A DNA stretch of 64,000 bases from Lytechinus pictus (GCF_037042905.1 NC_087247.1:63059097-63123096), one strand, 5' to 3'. Positions 23,462 through 36,900 are shown, counted from the stretch's first letter. Notes: generated by a model from the letters alone, not told the origin. Numbers and translations are program-made.

Positions 23462-23716
23462 TAATATTTACACTCTAAATTACAGGGATTTAAAATTAGT
23501 CCACATGGACTGTAGTTAGGGACCAATCGAATTCCGGATTTAATTGAATCCTTCAGATTCCTTTTTTAAATCCCGAAAGATTTAAATTTAATTTGAATTT
23601 AAATCATTTGAGATTTAAATTTAAGTCTTTAGGATTAAAACAAAATCCAGAAATCGATTGGTCCCTAACTACAATCCATCTAGACTTATTTTAAATCCCT
23701 GTAATTTAGAGTGTAC
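23462..23716. mobile_element. Stowaway-like (Tc1/mariner-type) MITE: ~60-bp TIRs CACTCTAAATTACAGGGATTTAAAAT..., flanked by a TA dinucleotide on both sides (putative TSD)
   Basis: 23464 tta|CACTCTAAATTACAGGG ... CCCTGTAATTTAGAGTG|tac 23716. The internal ~130 bp is itself palindromic. Confidence 0.55.
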
Positions 23717-24594
23717 ATGTATATATATATGCATATAGTATTCCCCAATTCACAGCTAAATCAACATACAGTACAGTGGTGCCAAACATACCTTCATCAG
23801 TTTATATTCCACTTTTCTTCTCTTTTTCAATCTCAAAGTATAATAGATAATGATTTCTTCATTTTGGACTTTGTATGATATAGGCATTTATTGTTTTCTC
23901 ACACTTGTATGGAATCCGGAATGTGCAGCTTATATATCTTTTTTTCTTTCTGGGACGTCTTTGTCTGTTAGTGTTACTGTCGGCTGACTTTAAAGGGGAA
24001 TCCAGCCTTGGCCATAAAATGTTGTGTTGGAAAGGAGAAAAATAAATTAAACAGAATGGCGAAAGTTTGAAAGAAATCGGACAAGCAATAAGAAAATAAT
24101 GGCTGCTTTAAAATTGAGATCACTAAATAGTATGTAGATTTCAAATTGGCAACTGGGTAAGTAAATTATGACAAGGGGCAAGGACAACTTTCCCATAAGC
24201 CATATGTATTTCATTATCAGGGATTTGTGGTTTTCTCCTAAGTACCCATTCCCCTGGGGCAGTAATCTAATTATAATCCAGGTAGTATATTGTTTTATGT
24301 CCTCATGAAAGAAAAATATAATTTGAAATAAAACTTTTGGGGAAAATGACATTTTAGCCGTAATATGTATTGGAGTACATGGAAGAGTAGTCCTTGCCTT
24401 ACATCACTATGACATCCCATATGCGGCCAATTTGAAGTCTCCATGGGTATAGTGATTGCCAATATTTACAACTTTTAAAAATTCATAACTTTCTTGTTGT
24501 TTGTCCAATATTGTTCAAACTTTCACCTATCAACTTGTCTGATTTTTCTTTTTCTTATAAAAACAAGTTTTTATTTGGGTTGGATTCCCTAAAT

Positions 24595-27500
24595 TGGCGT
24601 CGATCCGGCAGGTCATTAATATTCATGAGCTTAGAGATCTTGTTCGACCGATGACGTTGCTCATTAATATTAATATTACGGTAACACATCGCGGGTGCGC
24701 CTCACCACTTACAACTTAACCCTATCAAGTGCAGTTATACTGGCGTAAATCCAGCAAAATCCGGCAGTTTTTATGGAAATAACCAAAATAATGACAATGA
24801 ACCCAAATCAAAGTGTTGGTTTGTCCAACTTGATGGAAAAGACAGCATGGAGCTAGTAAAGCAGAAACCATTCATGGAAAAAGATTCACAACTTGTATTT
24901 TCAATTCCCCATTCATATCAATGTGCATAAAACTGGCGTCGATTCAGCATCTTTGGCGCAAACCCGGCAGTTTTTATGGAATTAACCAAAATAATGACGA
25001 TGAACCCAAATCAAAGTGTTGGTTTGTCCAACTTAATGGAAAAGACAGCATGGCGCTAGTAAAGCAGAAATCATTTATTGAAAAAGATTCACAACTTGTA
25101 TTTTCAATTCCCCATTCATATCAATGTGCATAAAACTGGCGTCGATTCAGCATCTTGGGCGCAAATCCGACAGTTTTTATGGAATTAACCAAAATAATGA
25201 CAATGAACCCAAATCAAAGTGTTGGTTTATCCAACTTGATGGAAAAGACAGCATGGAGCTAGTAAAGCAGAAATCATTTATGGAAAAAGATTCACAACTT
25301 GTATTTTCAATTCCCCATTCATAACAATGTGCATAAAACTGGCGTCGATTCAGCATCTAATTTGGCGCTAATCCGCCGGGCAGTTTTTATGGAATTAACA
25401 AAAATAATGACGATGAACCCAAATCAAAGTGTTGGTTTGTTCAACTTAATGGAAAAGACAGCATGGCGCTAGTAAAGCAGAAATCATTTATGGAAAAAGA
25501 TTCACAACTTGTATTTTCAATTCCCCATTCATATCAATGTGCATAAAACTGGCGTCGATTCAGCATCTTTGGCGCAAACCCGGCAGTTTTTATGGAATTA
25601 ACCAAAATAATGACAATGAACCCAAATCAAAGTGTTGGTTTGTCCAACTTGACAGCATGGAGCTAGTAAAGCAGAAATCATTTATGGAAAAAGATTCACA
25701 ACTTGTATTTTCAATTCCCCCATCATCATCATGTCAATGTCCATAAAACTGGCGTCGATTCAGCATCTTTGGCGCTATTCCGGCAGTTTTTATGGAATTA
25801 ACCAAAATAATGACAATGAACCCAAATCAAAGTGTTGGTTTATCCAACTTGATGGAAAAGACAGCATGGAGCTAGTAAAGCAGAAATCATTTATGGAAAA
25901 AGATTCACAACTTGTATTTTCAATTCCCCATTCATATCAATGTGCATAAAAACTGGCGTCGATTTAACATCTTTGGCGCTAATCCGGCAGTTTTTATGGA
26001 ATTAACCAAAATAATGACAAGGAACCCAAATCAAAGTGTTGGTTTGTCCAACTTGACAGCATGGAGCTAGTAAAGCAGAAATCATTCATGGAAAAAGATT
26101 CACAACTTGTATTTTCAATTCCCCATTCATATCAATGTGCATAAAACTGGCGTCGATTCAGCATCTTGGGCGCAAATCCGGCAGTTTTTATGGAATTAAC
26201 CAAAATAATGACGATGAACCCAAATCAAAGTGTTGGTTTGTCCAACTTAATGGAAAAGACAGCATGGAGCTAGTAAAGCAGAAATCATTTATGGAAAAAG
26301 ATTCACAACTTGTATTTTCAATTCCCCATTCATATCAATGTGCATAAAACTGGCGTCGATTCAGCATCTTGGGCGCAAATCCGGCAGTTTTTATGGAATT
26401 AACCAAAATAATGACAATGAACCCAAATCAAAGTGTTGGTTTATCCAACTTGATTGAAAAGACAGCATGGAGCTAGTAAAGCAGAAATCATTTATGGAAA
26501 AAGATTCACAACTTGTATTTTCAATTCCCCCATCATCATCATGTCAATGTCCATAAAACTGGCGTCGATTCAGCATCTTTGGCGCTAATCCGGCAGTTTT
26601 TATGGAATTAACCAAAATAATGACGATGAACCCAAATCAAAGTGTTGGTTTGTCCAACTTAATGGAAAAGACAGCATGGCGCTAGTAAAGCAGAAATCAT
26701 TTATTGAAAAAGATTCACAACTTGTATTTTCAATTCCCCATTCATATCAATGTGCATAAAACTGGCGTCGATTCAGCATCTTGGGCGCAAATCCGACAGT
26801 TTTTATGGAATTAACCAAAATAATGACAATGAACCCAAATCAAAGTGTTGGTTTATCCAACTTGATGGAAAAGACAGCATGGAGCTAGTAAAGCAGAAAT
26901 CATTTATGGAAAAAGATTCACAACTTGTATTTTCAATTCCCCATTCATAACAATGTGCATAAAACTGGCGTCGATTCAGCATCTAATTTGGCGCTAATCC
27001 GCCGGGCAGTTTTTATGGAATTAACCAAAATAATGACGATGAACCCAAATCAAAGTGTTGGTTTGTCCAACTTAATGGAAAAGACAGCATGGCGCTAGTA
27101 AAGCAGAAATCATTTATGGAAAAAGATTCACAACTTGTATTTTCAATTCCCCCATTCATATCAATGTGCATAAAACTGGCGTCGATTCAGCATCTAGGGC
27201 GCAAATCCGGCAGTTTTTATGGAATTGACCAAAATAATGAAAATGAACCCAAATCAAAGTGTTGGTTTATCCAACTTGATGGAAAAGACAGCATGGAGCT
27301 AGTAAAGCAGAAATCATTTATGGAAAAAGATTCACAACTTGTATTTTCAATTCCCCATTCATATCAATGTGCATAAAACTGGCGTCGATTCAGCATCTTT
27401 GGCGCAAACCCGGCAGTTTTTATGGAATTAACCAAAATAATGACAATGAACCCAAATCAAAGTGTTGGTTTATCCAACTTGACAGCATGGAGCTAGTAAA

Positions 27501-29130
27501 GCAGAAATCATTTATGGAAAAAGATTGACAACTTGTATTTTCAATTCCCCCATTATCATCATGTCAATGTCCATAAAACTGGCGTCGATTCAGCATCTTT
27601 GGCGCTAATCCGGCAGTTTTTATGGAATTAACCAAAATAATGACGATGAACCCAAATCAAAGTGTTGGTTTGTCCAACTTAATGGAAAAGACAGCATGGC
27701 GCTAGTAAAGCAGAAACCATTCATGGAAAAAGATTCACAACTTGTATTTTTAATTCCCCCATCATCATGATCATGTCAATGTGCATAAAACTGGCGTCGA
27801 TTCAGCATCTTTGGCGCTAATCCGGCAGTTTTTATGGAATTAACCAAAATAATGACGATGAACCCAAATCAAAGTGTTGGTTTGTCCAACTTAATGGAAA
27901 AGACAGCATGGCGCTAGTAAAGCAGAAATCATTTATTGAAAAAGATTCACAACTTGTATTTTCAATTCCCCATTCATATCAATGTGCATAAAACTGGCGT
28001 CGATTCAGCATCTTGGGCGCAAATCCGACAGTTTTTATGGAATTAACCAAAATAATGACAATGAACCCAAATCAAAGTGTTGGTTTGTCCAACTTGACAG
28101 CATGGAGCTAGTAAAGCAGAAATCATTTATGGAAAAAGATTGACAACTTGTATTTTCAATTCCCCCACTATCATCATGTCAATGTCCATAAAACTGGCGT
28201 CGATTCAGCATCTTTGGCGCTAACCCGGCAGTTTTTATGGAATTAACCAAAATAATGACGATGAACCCAAATCAAAGTGTTGGTTTGTCCAACTTAATGG
28301 AAAAGACAGCATGGCGCTAGTAAAGCAGAAACCATTTATGGAAAAAGATTCACAACTTGTATTTTCAATTCCCCCATCATCATGATCATGTCAATGTGCA
28401 TAAAACTGGCGTCGATTCAGCATCTAATTTGGCGCAAATCCGGCAGTTTTTATGGAATTAACCAAAATAATGACAATGAACCCAAATCAAAGTGTTGGTT
28501 TATCCAACTTGATGGAAAAGACAGCATGGAGCTAGTAAAGCAGAAATCATTTATGGAAAAAGATTCACAACTTGTATTTTCAATTCCCCATTCATATCAA
28601 TGTGCATAAAAACTGGCGTCAATTTAACATCTTTGGCGCTAATCCGGCAGTTTTTATGGAATTAACCAAAATAATGACAAGGAACCCAAATCAAAGTGTT
28701 GGTTTGTCCAACTTGACAGCATGGAGCTAGTAAAGCAGAAATCATTCATGGAAAAAGATTCACAACTTGTATTTTCAATTCCCCATTCATATCAATGTGC
28801 ATAAAACTGGCGTCGATTCAGCATCTTGGGCGCAAATCCGGCAGTTTTTATGGAATTAACCAAAATAATGACAATGAACCCAAATCAAAGTGTTGGTTTA
28901 TCCAACTTGATTGAAAAGACAGCATGGAGCTAGTAAAGCAGAAATCATTTATGGAAAAAGATTCACAACTTGTATTTTCAATTCCCCCATCATCATGATC
29001 ATGTCAATGTGCATAAAATTGGCATCGATTCAGCATCTTTGGCGCTAATCCGGCAGTTTTTATGGAATTAACCAAAATAATGACAATGAACCCAAATCAA
29101 AGAGTTGGTTTGTCCAACCTGATTGCAAAT
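24595..29130 (+). repeat. Satellite array A: 176-bp unique flank (24595-24770) then about 22 tandem units of ~203-206 bp (consensus ...cataaaactggcgtcgattcagcatctttggcgcaaatccggcagtttttatggaattaaccaaaataatgacaatgaacccaaatcaaagtgttggtttgtccaacttgatggaaaagacagcatggagctagtaaagcagaaatcatttatggaaaaagattcacaacttgtattttcaattccccattcatatcaatgtg)
   Basis: Visible periodicity. Unit variants recur in a higher-order pattern. The 66-95 aa ORFs listed at 24921-28609 are reiterations of the same unit. Confidence 0.9.
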
Positions 29131-29749
29131 TAACAAGGTTAACATTTTTCTTAAAATATCACAACCCATACAAGAAAAAAATAAAATCTAACATTTTCCC
29201 GCAAAATAACAATGAACGTCATTCCAACTTTAAGACGAAGGGGGCATGAAAGCCATGCAGGAGTTGAGGACAGCGAAGAAGTAGAAGAGTGCACTTGCAC
29301 GTCTTACGACAATAGATATTAATTATTTTGGCTATTTTCCAGGGCTGTTACGTACGTTTTCAACACTAGCGTACCTAAGGGGTGAAGGGGGCAGACTGCC
29401 CCCCCTGACGAGTCACAAACAAAAAAAAGGAAGCGAAAAGGTGGAAAGAAAAAAGAAAAGAGGAAAAAGGAAAGAGAGAAAAAAGGGGGAAGGGAAAAAG
29501 AAGAAAGAGTTTAAGAAAAAGGGAAAAACAAAAATTGGACTGCAGACTGTCGGGAAAAATGATAAACTGTCGGGCACTCGAGGCTGTTCCAACTGATTTG
29601 GTTTTTTAGTTCCACCATCTTTGTCGGTAAATGTAAATTAAACTGTACACTTTTATCGGTAAATTGTGATTTTTACGCAATGAGACTTTTATAGCTCTCT
29701 GTACCCATAGAGAGAGGATGGACTGGGCTGACCAGGGACAGGAAAAGAG

Positions 29750-30760
29750 AACAACTTTTAGGTATATTATAACAATAAAAATTTCGCTCCTGCTACGCGC
29801 TGCGCTCGCATCAATTTTTTGGTTGGGTACCTAAGATAAATGTTTAGTTGCAGGTTGAAATATCAAAAATGTTCAGCTCGCACTTCGCGCTCGCGTCAAT
29901 TGATTAGTTGAAAACCAATTTGTTCACGGTTACAAAAAGTGCTTATAATATCCAGTTCTCAAGTTAGGCCGGAATATCAAAAATTTAAGCTCGCGTTTCG
30001 TGCTCACATATAACTATTTAGGTATATCCATCCTGTTCATAGATAAATTAAGTGGTTAGAATGTCCGGTTTTCAGGTCGGAATATAAAACATAAAACATA
30101 TCAAAAATATATAATTAGAAACCAATTTGTTCACGGTTACAAATATTGCTTAGAATATCAAATTCTTAGGTTGGAATATCAAAAAATTGCCGCTCGATCT
30201 CCGCACTCGCATAAAGTTCCATCCTGTCCATAATTAAATGAAGTGCTTAGAATGTAAAGTTTTCAGGTCGAAATATCAAAAGTTTTCAGCTGGCGCTTCG
30301 CGCTCACATGCACAATTAATTGTTTTTAACTACCATCTTGTTCATACTTAAAAAAGGTGCTTAGAACGTTCACTTTTCAGGGGGGAATATCTCAAATTTT
30401 CAGCTCGCCCTTGGCGCTCGCATCAATTAATTATTCAGTTAGAAACCGATTTGTTCATGGTTACTAAAAGTGCTTAGAATATCCAGTTCTTAAGTCGGAA
30501 TATCAAAAGTTTTAGCTGGCGCTTTGTGCCCGCACGACTGTTTAGATACCCATCTTGTAAAATTGCTTAGAATGTCTAGTGTCCAGTTAGGAATATCAAA
30601 ATTTGTAGCTCGTGCTTTGCGCTCGCATAATTTATTAATTTATTAAGGAAGATACTCATCCTATTCATATAGTTAAGTACACAAATGGATTGTTTTTGGT
30701 CTAAATTTTTAGAAAATTTCAGCTCGCGCTTCGCGCTCGCATTTATTATTTTTATATAAT
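29750..30760. repeat. Degenerate ~110-115-bp minisatellite, about 9 units; each unit contains agctcgcgcttcgcgctcgca ... ttgttcacggttac ... gtgcttagaatatc ... aatatcaaaa
   Basis: Repeated anchors spaced about 110-115 bp apart across 29750-30760. Confidence 0.7.
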
Positions 30761-30974
30761 TTTAGTGTAAGTTGTTAGGCACGTGCAAGTGAAAGTGAAG
30801 TGTTTTTGGGGGGTGGGGCTTGTCAATTTTTTTGTAAACAAATTTTCTCCTTGAAAATCCTGGATCTGCCCATGGGTTGGATATAAATGAGTATTGGTCG
30901 TCGGACGTCAGTAATCGGTACTGATATATGTCGGTAAAGGCCTAGCTATACCCCTGTTAACACATTCCTCTAGT

Positions 30975-32186
30975 CAGTGGCGTAACAGGCGGGGGGTAGG
31001 GGGGCAAGTTGCCCCCCCCTGGCGGATTTCACCGGGAAAATAAAATAAAAACGGGAAGAAAAAAAAAGGAGGGAGAAAGAAAGGGAAAGGGGAAGGAAAG
31101 GAAAAAAGGAAAGGGGGAAAGGGAAAGGTAAAGGGAACAGTGAAAAGAAACAAAGAATTTTTTTTTTTTAAAGGAAAAAGAAGGAAAGCGGGAAAATATA
31201 CGAAAGAACATCTGAGAAAGAACAAATCATTCCGAAATACGCCTATGTAATGCAGTAGCACGGTGGGAAATAAATTAAAAGATGTCAAAATGGCAAACAA
31301 TAGCGGGAAATGAATATAATGGAAAAATCTATCACATAATTAGAATTTAATTTCAATGGGCAATTTTTTTCCAGCTCGCTTTGCACACTGGCGACTTTTT
31401 ATATATTTTTCCCACATTGCTATGTTTTGCCCCTCAAAATATTTGGTTCAAAACGCAACTGGGTTAAATAAATGTGTTGTGTAAAAGCTATATGTATATG
31501 CCCGCGATTTCAAAAGAGCGGCAATCTGCGAGGTTTAAATGGCTTTGATATCAAGAAGTTCCGGGGGCTCCGCCCCGGACCCCAACCGCACAGCACTGCG
31601 TATGGAAGGGTTGGGCCATGGCCCTAAAAAGTTCTACAGACAAGAAAAAAAAAGAGGAAAGAAAAGCAAAGGAAAAGTGTAGGATATGATTTAAATTACT
31701 GAACATATAATGTCAAAAAATAGCTCAAAGTTCGATTCTCATGAATAGATGACTTTTTCTCGCTCGCTTCGCTCGCTCGTTACTTATACAAAGCAGCTTT
31801 TTAGCACATGTGCTATACTGTGCCCCTCACATTTTTTTTTGTTCCTCTTCACGCTACTGCCGCAAAAGAATCCTGTTCACAGTGGCGTACAGACCACAAA
31901 AAAAGGAATCTAAAGAGAAAAGAGTAAAATATATTATTATCTGGATATCATGTCAAAATCTATCACAAAATTGGATTTTGGTATTAAAAAGGGCAAAATT
32001 TTTGCTCGCTCGCTTCGCTCGCTCGCAGCTTTTTTTAAAGATAAATTTTCCACGATACACAATATCTGGCCTTCTCAAAATAGTCGCCTCATTACACCAT
32101 TACGCCTGTTCATACCATGATATGACCGGGAATTTTTTGGCTCTTGTCCCCCCCCCCCCCTGGCCACCGACCCCTGTTACGCCGCT
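30975..32186. mobile_element. Element of the G-run/C-run hairpin family: left terminus CAGTGGCGTAACAGGCGGGGGGTAGGGGGGCAAGTTGCCCCCCCCTGG, right terminus CCCCCCCCCCCCCCTGG...CCTGTTACGCCGCTG
   Basis: Termini are reverse complements (CAGTGGCGTAACAGG / CCTGTTACGCC(A/G)CTG). The interior holds a polypurine tract at 31030-31200 and duplicated ttgctcgctcgcttcgctcgctcg blocks. A further right-end-like terminus lies at 33553-33608 (cccccctgacgaaatatgctaGGTACGCCACTGG). Confidence 0.45.
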
Positions 32187-32559
32187 GCCTCTAGTTATTA
32201 CAGTACCCCCTTCCTATCCTGTGTACCCGATCCCTTCGCCCGCCTATCTATATTTTCCAATTTCAATTCCCTCAACCTTCTGACATTCCTGCTAGTGAGT
32301 GAGTGATCTAGTGATGTATCATGTTACTGTCGCATATATTTTCACGTTCATATTTATTTTTTTATGAGTGAATGTATGGAAATAAAACAAATGCAAATCA
32401 ATACATGAACACAACTGAGTTCAATGTCAAATACCTCTTTTATAACGTCTCCAAATGAGCAGAATTGGGAACATAATGTAAAAACCTTCAAAAGAGGAAT
32501 TAAAGAAGTATTTTAAAGGGGAATGAAATCTTTGGAACAAGTTGGCTTTTGTGGAAACA

Positions 32560-33050
32560 GAAAATTCAAAGAATAAGATCAAAGCAAGTTTGAGAAAAAT
32601 CAGACAAATAATGAGAAAGTTATGAGCATTTGAATATTGTGATCACTAATGCTATGGAGATCCTCCTATTGGCAATGCGACCAATATTTGTGATGTCACA
32701 TGTGAACAACTTTCCCTTTGATGGACTATAAAATACCCTGAAAATGTCTATTTTTGCTCTTTGTTAGTGTGATACATACTCTTTATCCAAAATGCATTCT
32801 TTGAAAATCTGTATTACATGCCCTCATATAGAAAGAATACATGATGTACTGATAGATGTGATAAAAGAGGCATTTTAAGTGAAATATATAGAAAAGTAAT
32901 GGGAAAGTTGTTCACATGTGACATCACACATCTTTGTCGCATTGCCAATGGGAGGATCTACATTACAATAATGATCTAAACTTCAAATACTCATAACTTT
33001 CTTATTATTAATTCAAATTTTTCTCAAACTTTCGTTTATTTGTTTCTTTG
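32560..33050. mobile_element. Related foldback element (arms at 32575-32720 and 32870-33030)
   Basis: gagaaaaatcagacaaataatgagaaagttatgagcatttgaa...cctattggcaatgcgaccaatatttgtgatgtcacatgtgaacaactttccc is matched by gggaaagttgttcacatgtgacatcacacatctttgtcgcattgccaatgggagg. Confidence 0.55.
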
Positions 33051-34444
33051 ATTTTTCTGTTTTTGCATAAGCTATATGTTTCAAGGGTTTCATTTTCCTT
33101 TTATAAACATGATTAGAAATTTATCGATCACGATCCAATACATTTCATTTCTGGAATGATATAAAAAAAAGAAATAATTTCGACAATAAAGTGCAATCGC
33201 CCGATAGGAAATATCAGTAGTAGCAAGATCCCAACTGTTTTATTGGGCACCCCCTGGGTAACCTTTCCCATCTTCAGTGCCACTTCCAGACCTACACATC
33301 CAAACGTGTATGGGGGTGGGCTGCAAAATGCAGGGCAACAGGGACTGCGAGGTGCCCAAATATCCTCGTGTATTGGTAATTCTATGACCGAATGTATAAT
33401 TTCTGCAAGTTTCATATCATGTAAAAAGGCTAAATAATTATTGGAAAAAAAAATGTTCGCTCGCTCGAAAATTAAAAACTGTGAAGTTGATATTTGGGCA
33501 ATGATTATCAGCCCCCCTTGAAAAATTATGCCTATACGTCCATGCCTACTACCCCCCCCCTTTGCTCATTCTTGCCCCCCTGACGAAATATGCTAGGTAC
33601 GCCACTGGTTTTCAAGCTTTGCTTTTGCAATTACGACCCTTGCAACCATCCTATTTATTGTGTAACAGAAAATACCACTTAATTTTTTTTTCATTTATGT
33701 ATGATATATTTGATGATTTATGTACAAAAGGTATTGTTCACTATCTTGATGTCGAAATTCAGATATGTATTTTCTTGTCCAGAATTTTGTTATGAAAAAT
33801 GTTGCAAAAACCAATAAATGAAATGAAAAGAAAGCTTGACTAGAAGGGAAAAAAGAAATACAATGAAAGAGGAAGAAAGATAATAAGAAGTAATAAGAGG
33901 AAGGAGAGAGAAATAAAGAGGAAAAGAAAACATGTGGAAATTTTGTTAATTTGAAGCTAACACTGCAGTGCTAAGCGTGAACAAAATTACTTGGTCCAAA
34001 ACACATCACATACACTCACAATACCATATCACATATTCATCCACCACTACAGGATGCATATCACTGAGACACTTTGGGGTGGGGGTGGAGCAAAACACAA
34101 TTTGAGTTTGTCAACAATTAAAAACACAGAACTAACACAATGAAAACATATATTGTATTTACACACCTGAAACAGTGATTCAACATCATGTTTCATTTAT
34201 TCATTTAATTCTTCATCATCTTGAGAGTTTAACATAATTTATCTAATAATCACTTGCATCTTCATGAAACACAAGATAATATTTTAGCTCAGTTTTCACA
34301 CTTATTTCTCCCTTCTGTAATAAATTTAAGGTACCGGTATTCCAAAAAAGTTTGTAAAATGTAAGTACATTCGGTTACATATCTATTAGGGCAGAATATA
34401 TGTTTAGCTTTATTACTCTAATATGAGGGAATCTACCTTACATA

Positions 34445-35241
34445 ACAAGTGATAGCACCTCTGGCAGTCTCACCTACATTACACAATTCAATATAGTACC
34501 AGTGCTGACTTTGAAAACTATGAAATAATTATTTACAAAAAACACCATTCATATAATGATATAATACTATGCTCATTGACCCTAAATGACATTTGACCTT
34601 AATCATGTAACCTAAAACTTGTCAGTGATACTAGATTACCCCTATGTCTACAATTCATAAACTATATCCATAAACTTTGAAAGTTGTGACAGCAATTTAA
34701 TAATTACCACCAACTTTGACATTGGTCATGTGACCTTAAACTCGCACGGGATGTTCAGTGATACTTGATTATTTACTCATATATCCAAGTTTTATGAACA
34801 AGACCAATAAACTTTCAAAGTTATGATGGTAATTCAACATATACCCCCAACTTTGCCAAAGTTCATTGACCTTAAATGACCTTGATCATGTGACCTTAAA
34901 CTCGCACGGGATGTTCAGTGATACTTTACTCATATATCTAAGTTTCATGAATCAGATCCATAAACTTTCAAAGTTATGATGGTAATTCAACAGATACCCC
35001 CAACTTGGCCAAAGTTAATTGACCCTAAATGACCTTTGACCTTGGTCATGTGACTTGAAACTCAGGCAGGATGTTCAGTAATACTTGATAAACCTTATGT
35101 CCAAGTGTCATGAACTAGGTCCACATACATTCTAAGTAATGATGTCATTGTAAAAACTTAACCTTTGGTTAAGATTTGGTGTTGACGCCGTCGGAAAAGC
35201 GGCGCCCATAGTCTCACTCTGCTATGCAGGTGAGACAAAAA
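34445..35241 (+). mobile_element. Same TIR/satellite element family, copy 3 (diverged, about 4 units)
   Basis: Left AACAAGTGATAGCACCTCTGGCAGTCTCACCTACAT, right ATGCAGGTGAGACAAAAAC. Confidence 0.7.
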
Positions 35242-35369
35242 CAATTTAGAACTCAATGATACTGATGAAACTATTACATTATCTAATTTTTGTTTATGAA
35301 ATAACTGCTGTTTAGTAAAAATATTTTTTCAGAGATCCGATTTGAACCTTGTAATTTGATTTTTTTTCT

Positions 35370-36395
35370 TTATCCCAGTAGAAACTGGAATTACGCCAGT
35401 TTAATGCACATCGATAATGAAAGGGGAATTGAAAATAAGAGTTGTGAATCTTTTTCCATTAATGATTTCTGCTTTACTAGCTCCATGCTGTCTTTCAATC
35501 AAGTTGGACGAACCAACACTTTTATTTGGGTTCATTGTCATTATTTTGGTTAATTCCATAAAAACTGCCGGGTTTGCGCCCGAGATGCTGAATCGACGCC
35601 AGTTTTATGTACATCGATATGAATGGGGAATTGAAAATACAAGTTGTGACTCTTTTTCCATTACTGATTTCTGCTTTATTAGCTCCATGCTGTCTTTTCA
35701 ATCAAGTTGGACAAACCAACACTTTGATTTGGTTTATTGTCATTATTTTGGTTAATTCCATAAAAACTGCCGGATTAGCGCCAAAGATGCTGAATCGACG
35801 CCAGTTTTATGCACATTGACATGATCATGATGATGGCCGGGGGAATTGAAAATACAAGTTGTGAATCTTTTTCCATGAATGGTTTCTGCTTTACTAGTTC
35901 CATGCTGTCTTTTCCATCAAGTTGGACAAACCAACACTTTGATTTGGGTTCATTGTCATTATTTTGGTTAATTCTATAAAAACTGCCGGATTAGCGCCAA
36001 AGATGCTGAATCGACGCCAGTTTTATGCACATTGACATGATCATGATGATGGGGGAATTGAAAATACAAGTTGTGAATCTTTTTCCATGAATGGTTTCTG
36101 CTTTACTAGCTCCATGCTGTCTTTTCCATCAAGTTGGACAAACCAACACTTTAATTTGGGTTCATTGTCATTATTTTGGTTATTTCCATAAAAAACTGCC
36201 GGATTTTGCTGGATTTACGCCAGTATAACTGCACTTGATAGGTTGTAAGTGGTAAGTGGTAAGTGGTGAGGCGCACCCGCGATTCCCAATGTGTTACCGT
36301 AATATTAATATTAATGAGCAACGTCATCGGTTGAACGAGATCTCCAAGCTCATGAATATTAATGACCTGCCGGATCGACGCCAATATAGTCTCAA
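35370..36395 (-). repeat. Satellite array B: about 5 units of the same ~205-bp satellite in inverse orientation, plus the same flank inverted (36190-36395)
   Basis: 35540-35580 cattgtcattattttggttaattccataaaaactgccgg is the reverse complement of the array A unit. 36350-36395 gctcatgaatattaatgacctgccggatcgacgccaat is the reverse complement of 24595-24640. Confidence 0.9.
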
Positions 36396-36639
36396 CCCAT
36401 AACGTTTCTCACACCGTTTCTCCCATTCTTCAAAGTGATTTTCACCACGATTCCTGGGTCTATCAAGCAACATGGTAAATTGAATCATATTTGAGTAATA
36501 CTGGAACAGTTTTGTTATTCGATTTGGTATTTTTATTTTGTGTAATGTAACAAAATCTCTTCCAAAAGGGGGCGTTGACTTCGTAGATGAATAGGCAGTC
36601 CCATGCATACTAATATATGTTGGTGTAGTATGTAAGTTC

Positions 36640-36900
36640 TAATCCACTCACACTTATTGCGAGGTAACCCAGACTCGAGAGCTCCCGCCCGCGCAGCGGG
36701 CGGGAGCCCAGAAGCTTACTGTGTATTTGACCATATTCACCGGACTAGGGTGATTTATGGTCTAAATATTTCTCCAAATGAATTGTGAAAACAGAAAGTA
36801 TACCACGATTATATGGATGAAGGTCTAACGAGTGGTAGACAGGAATAACCGTCGTTTCTGGGGATTTATTCAACAATTTCTGACATTTTACTGTAATCCC
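36640..36900. repeat. Partial (single-arm) copy of the palindrome element
   Basis: gagagctcccgcccgcgcagcgggcgggagc...ccggactagggtgatttatggtctaaatatttctccaaatgaattgtgaaaacagaaagtataccacgattatatggatgaaggtctaacgagtgg, then the reverse complement of 14240-14300. Confidence 0.7.

Larger units (their letters stand above)
24595..36395. mobile_element. About 11.8-kb foldback-like composite: inverted satellite arms (4.5 kb and 1.0 kb) with identical inverted outer termini enclosing about 6.2 kb of mixed repeats
   Basis: Outer termini TTGGCGTCGATCCGGCAGGTCATTAATATTCATGAGC (24596) and its reverse complement (36360-36395). Architecture resembles foldback transposons with tandemly repeated inverted arms (e.g. 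Drosophila FB, sea-urchin TU-type). A structural analogy only. Confidence 0.45.

Noticed and set aside
24921-28609. Series of 66-95-aa ORFs (MCIKLASIQHL...) listed in the ORF track
   Set aside because: They are the same ~205-bp satellite unit read in one frame, each ended by stops within the unit. Satellite DNA, not a gene family.
24595-29130. Possibility that the regular array is a CRISPR array
   Set aside because: The unit is about 205 bp with no alternating unique spacers. Units are near-identical throughout. The genomic context is eukaryotic (spliced COMMD4, LINE, SINE). It is a satellite.
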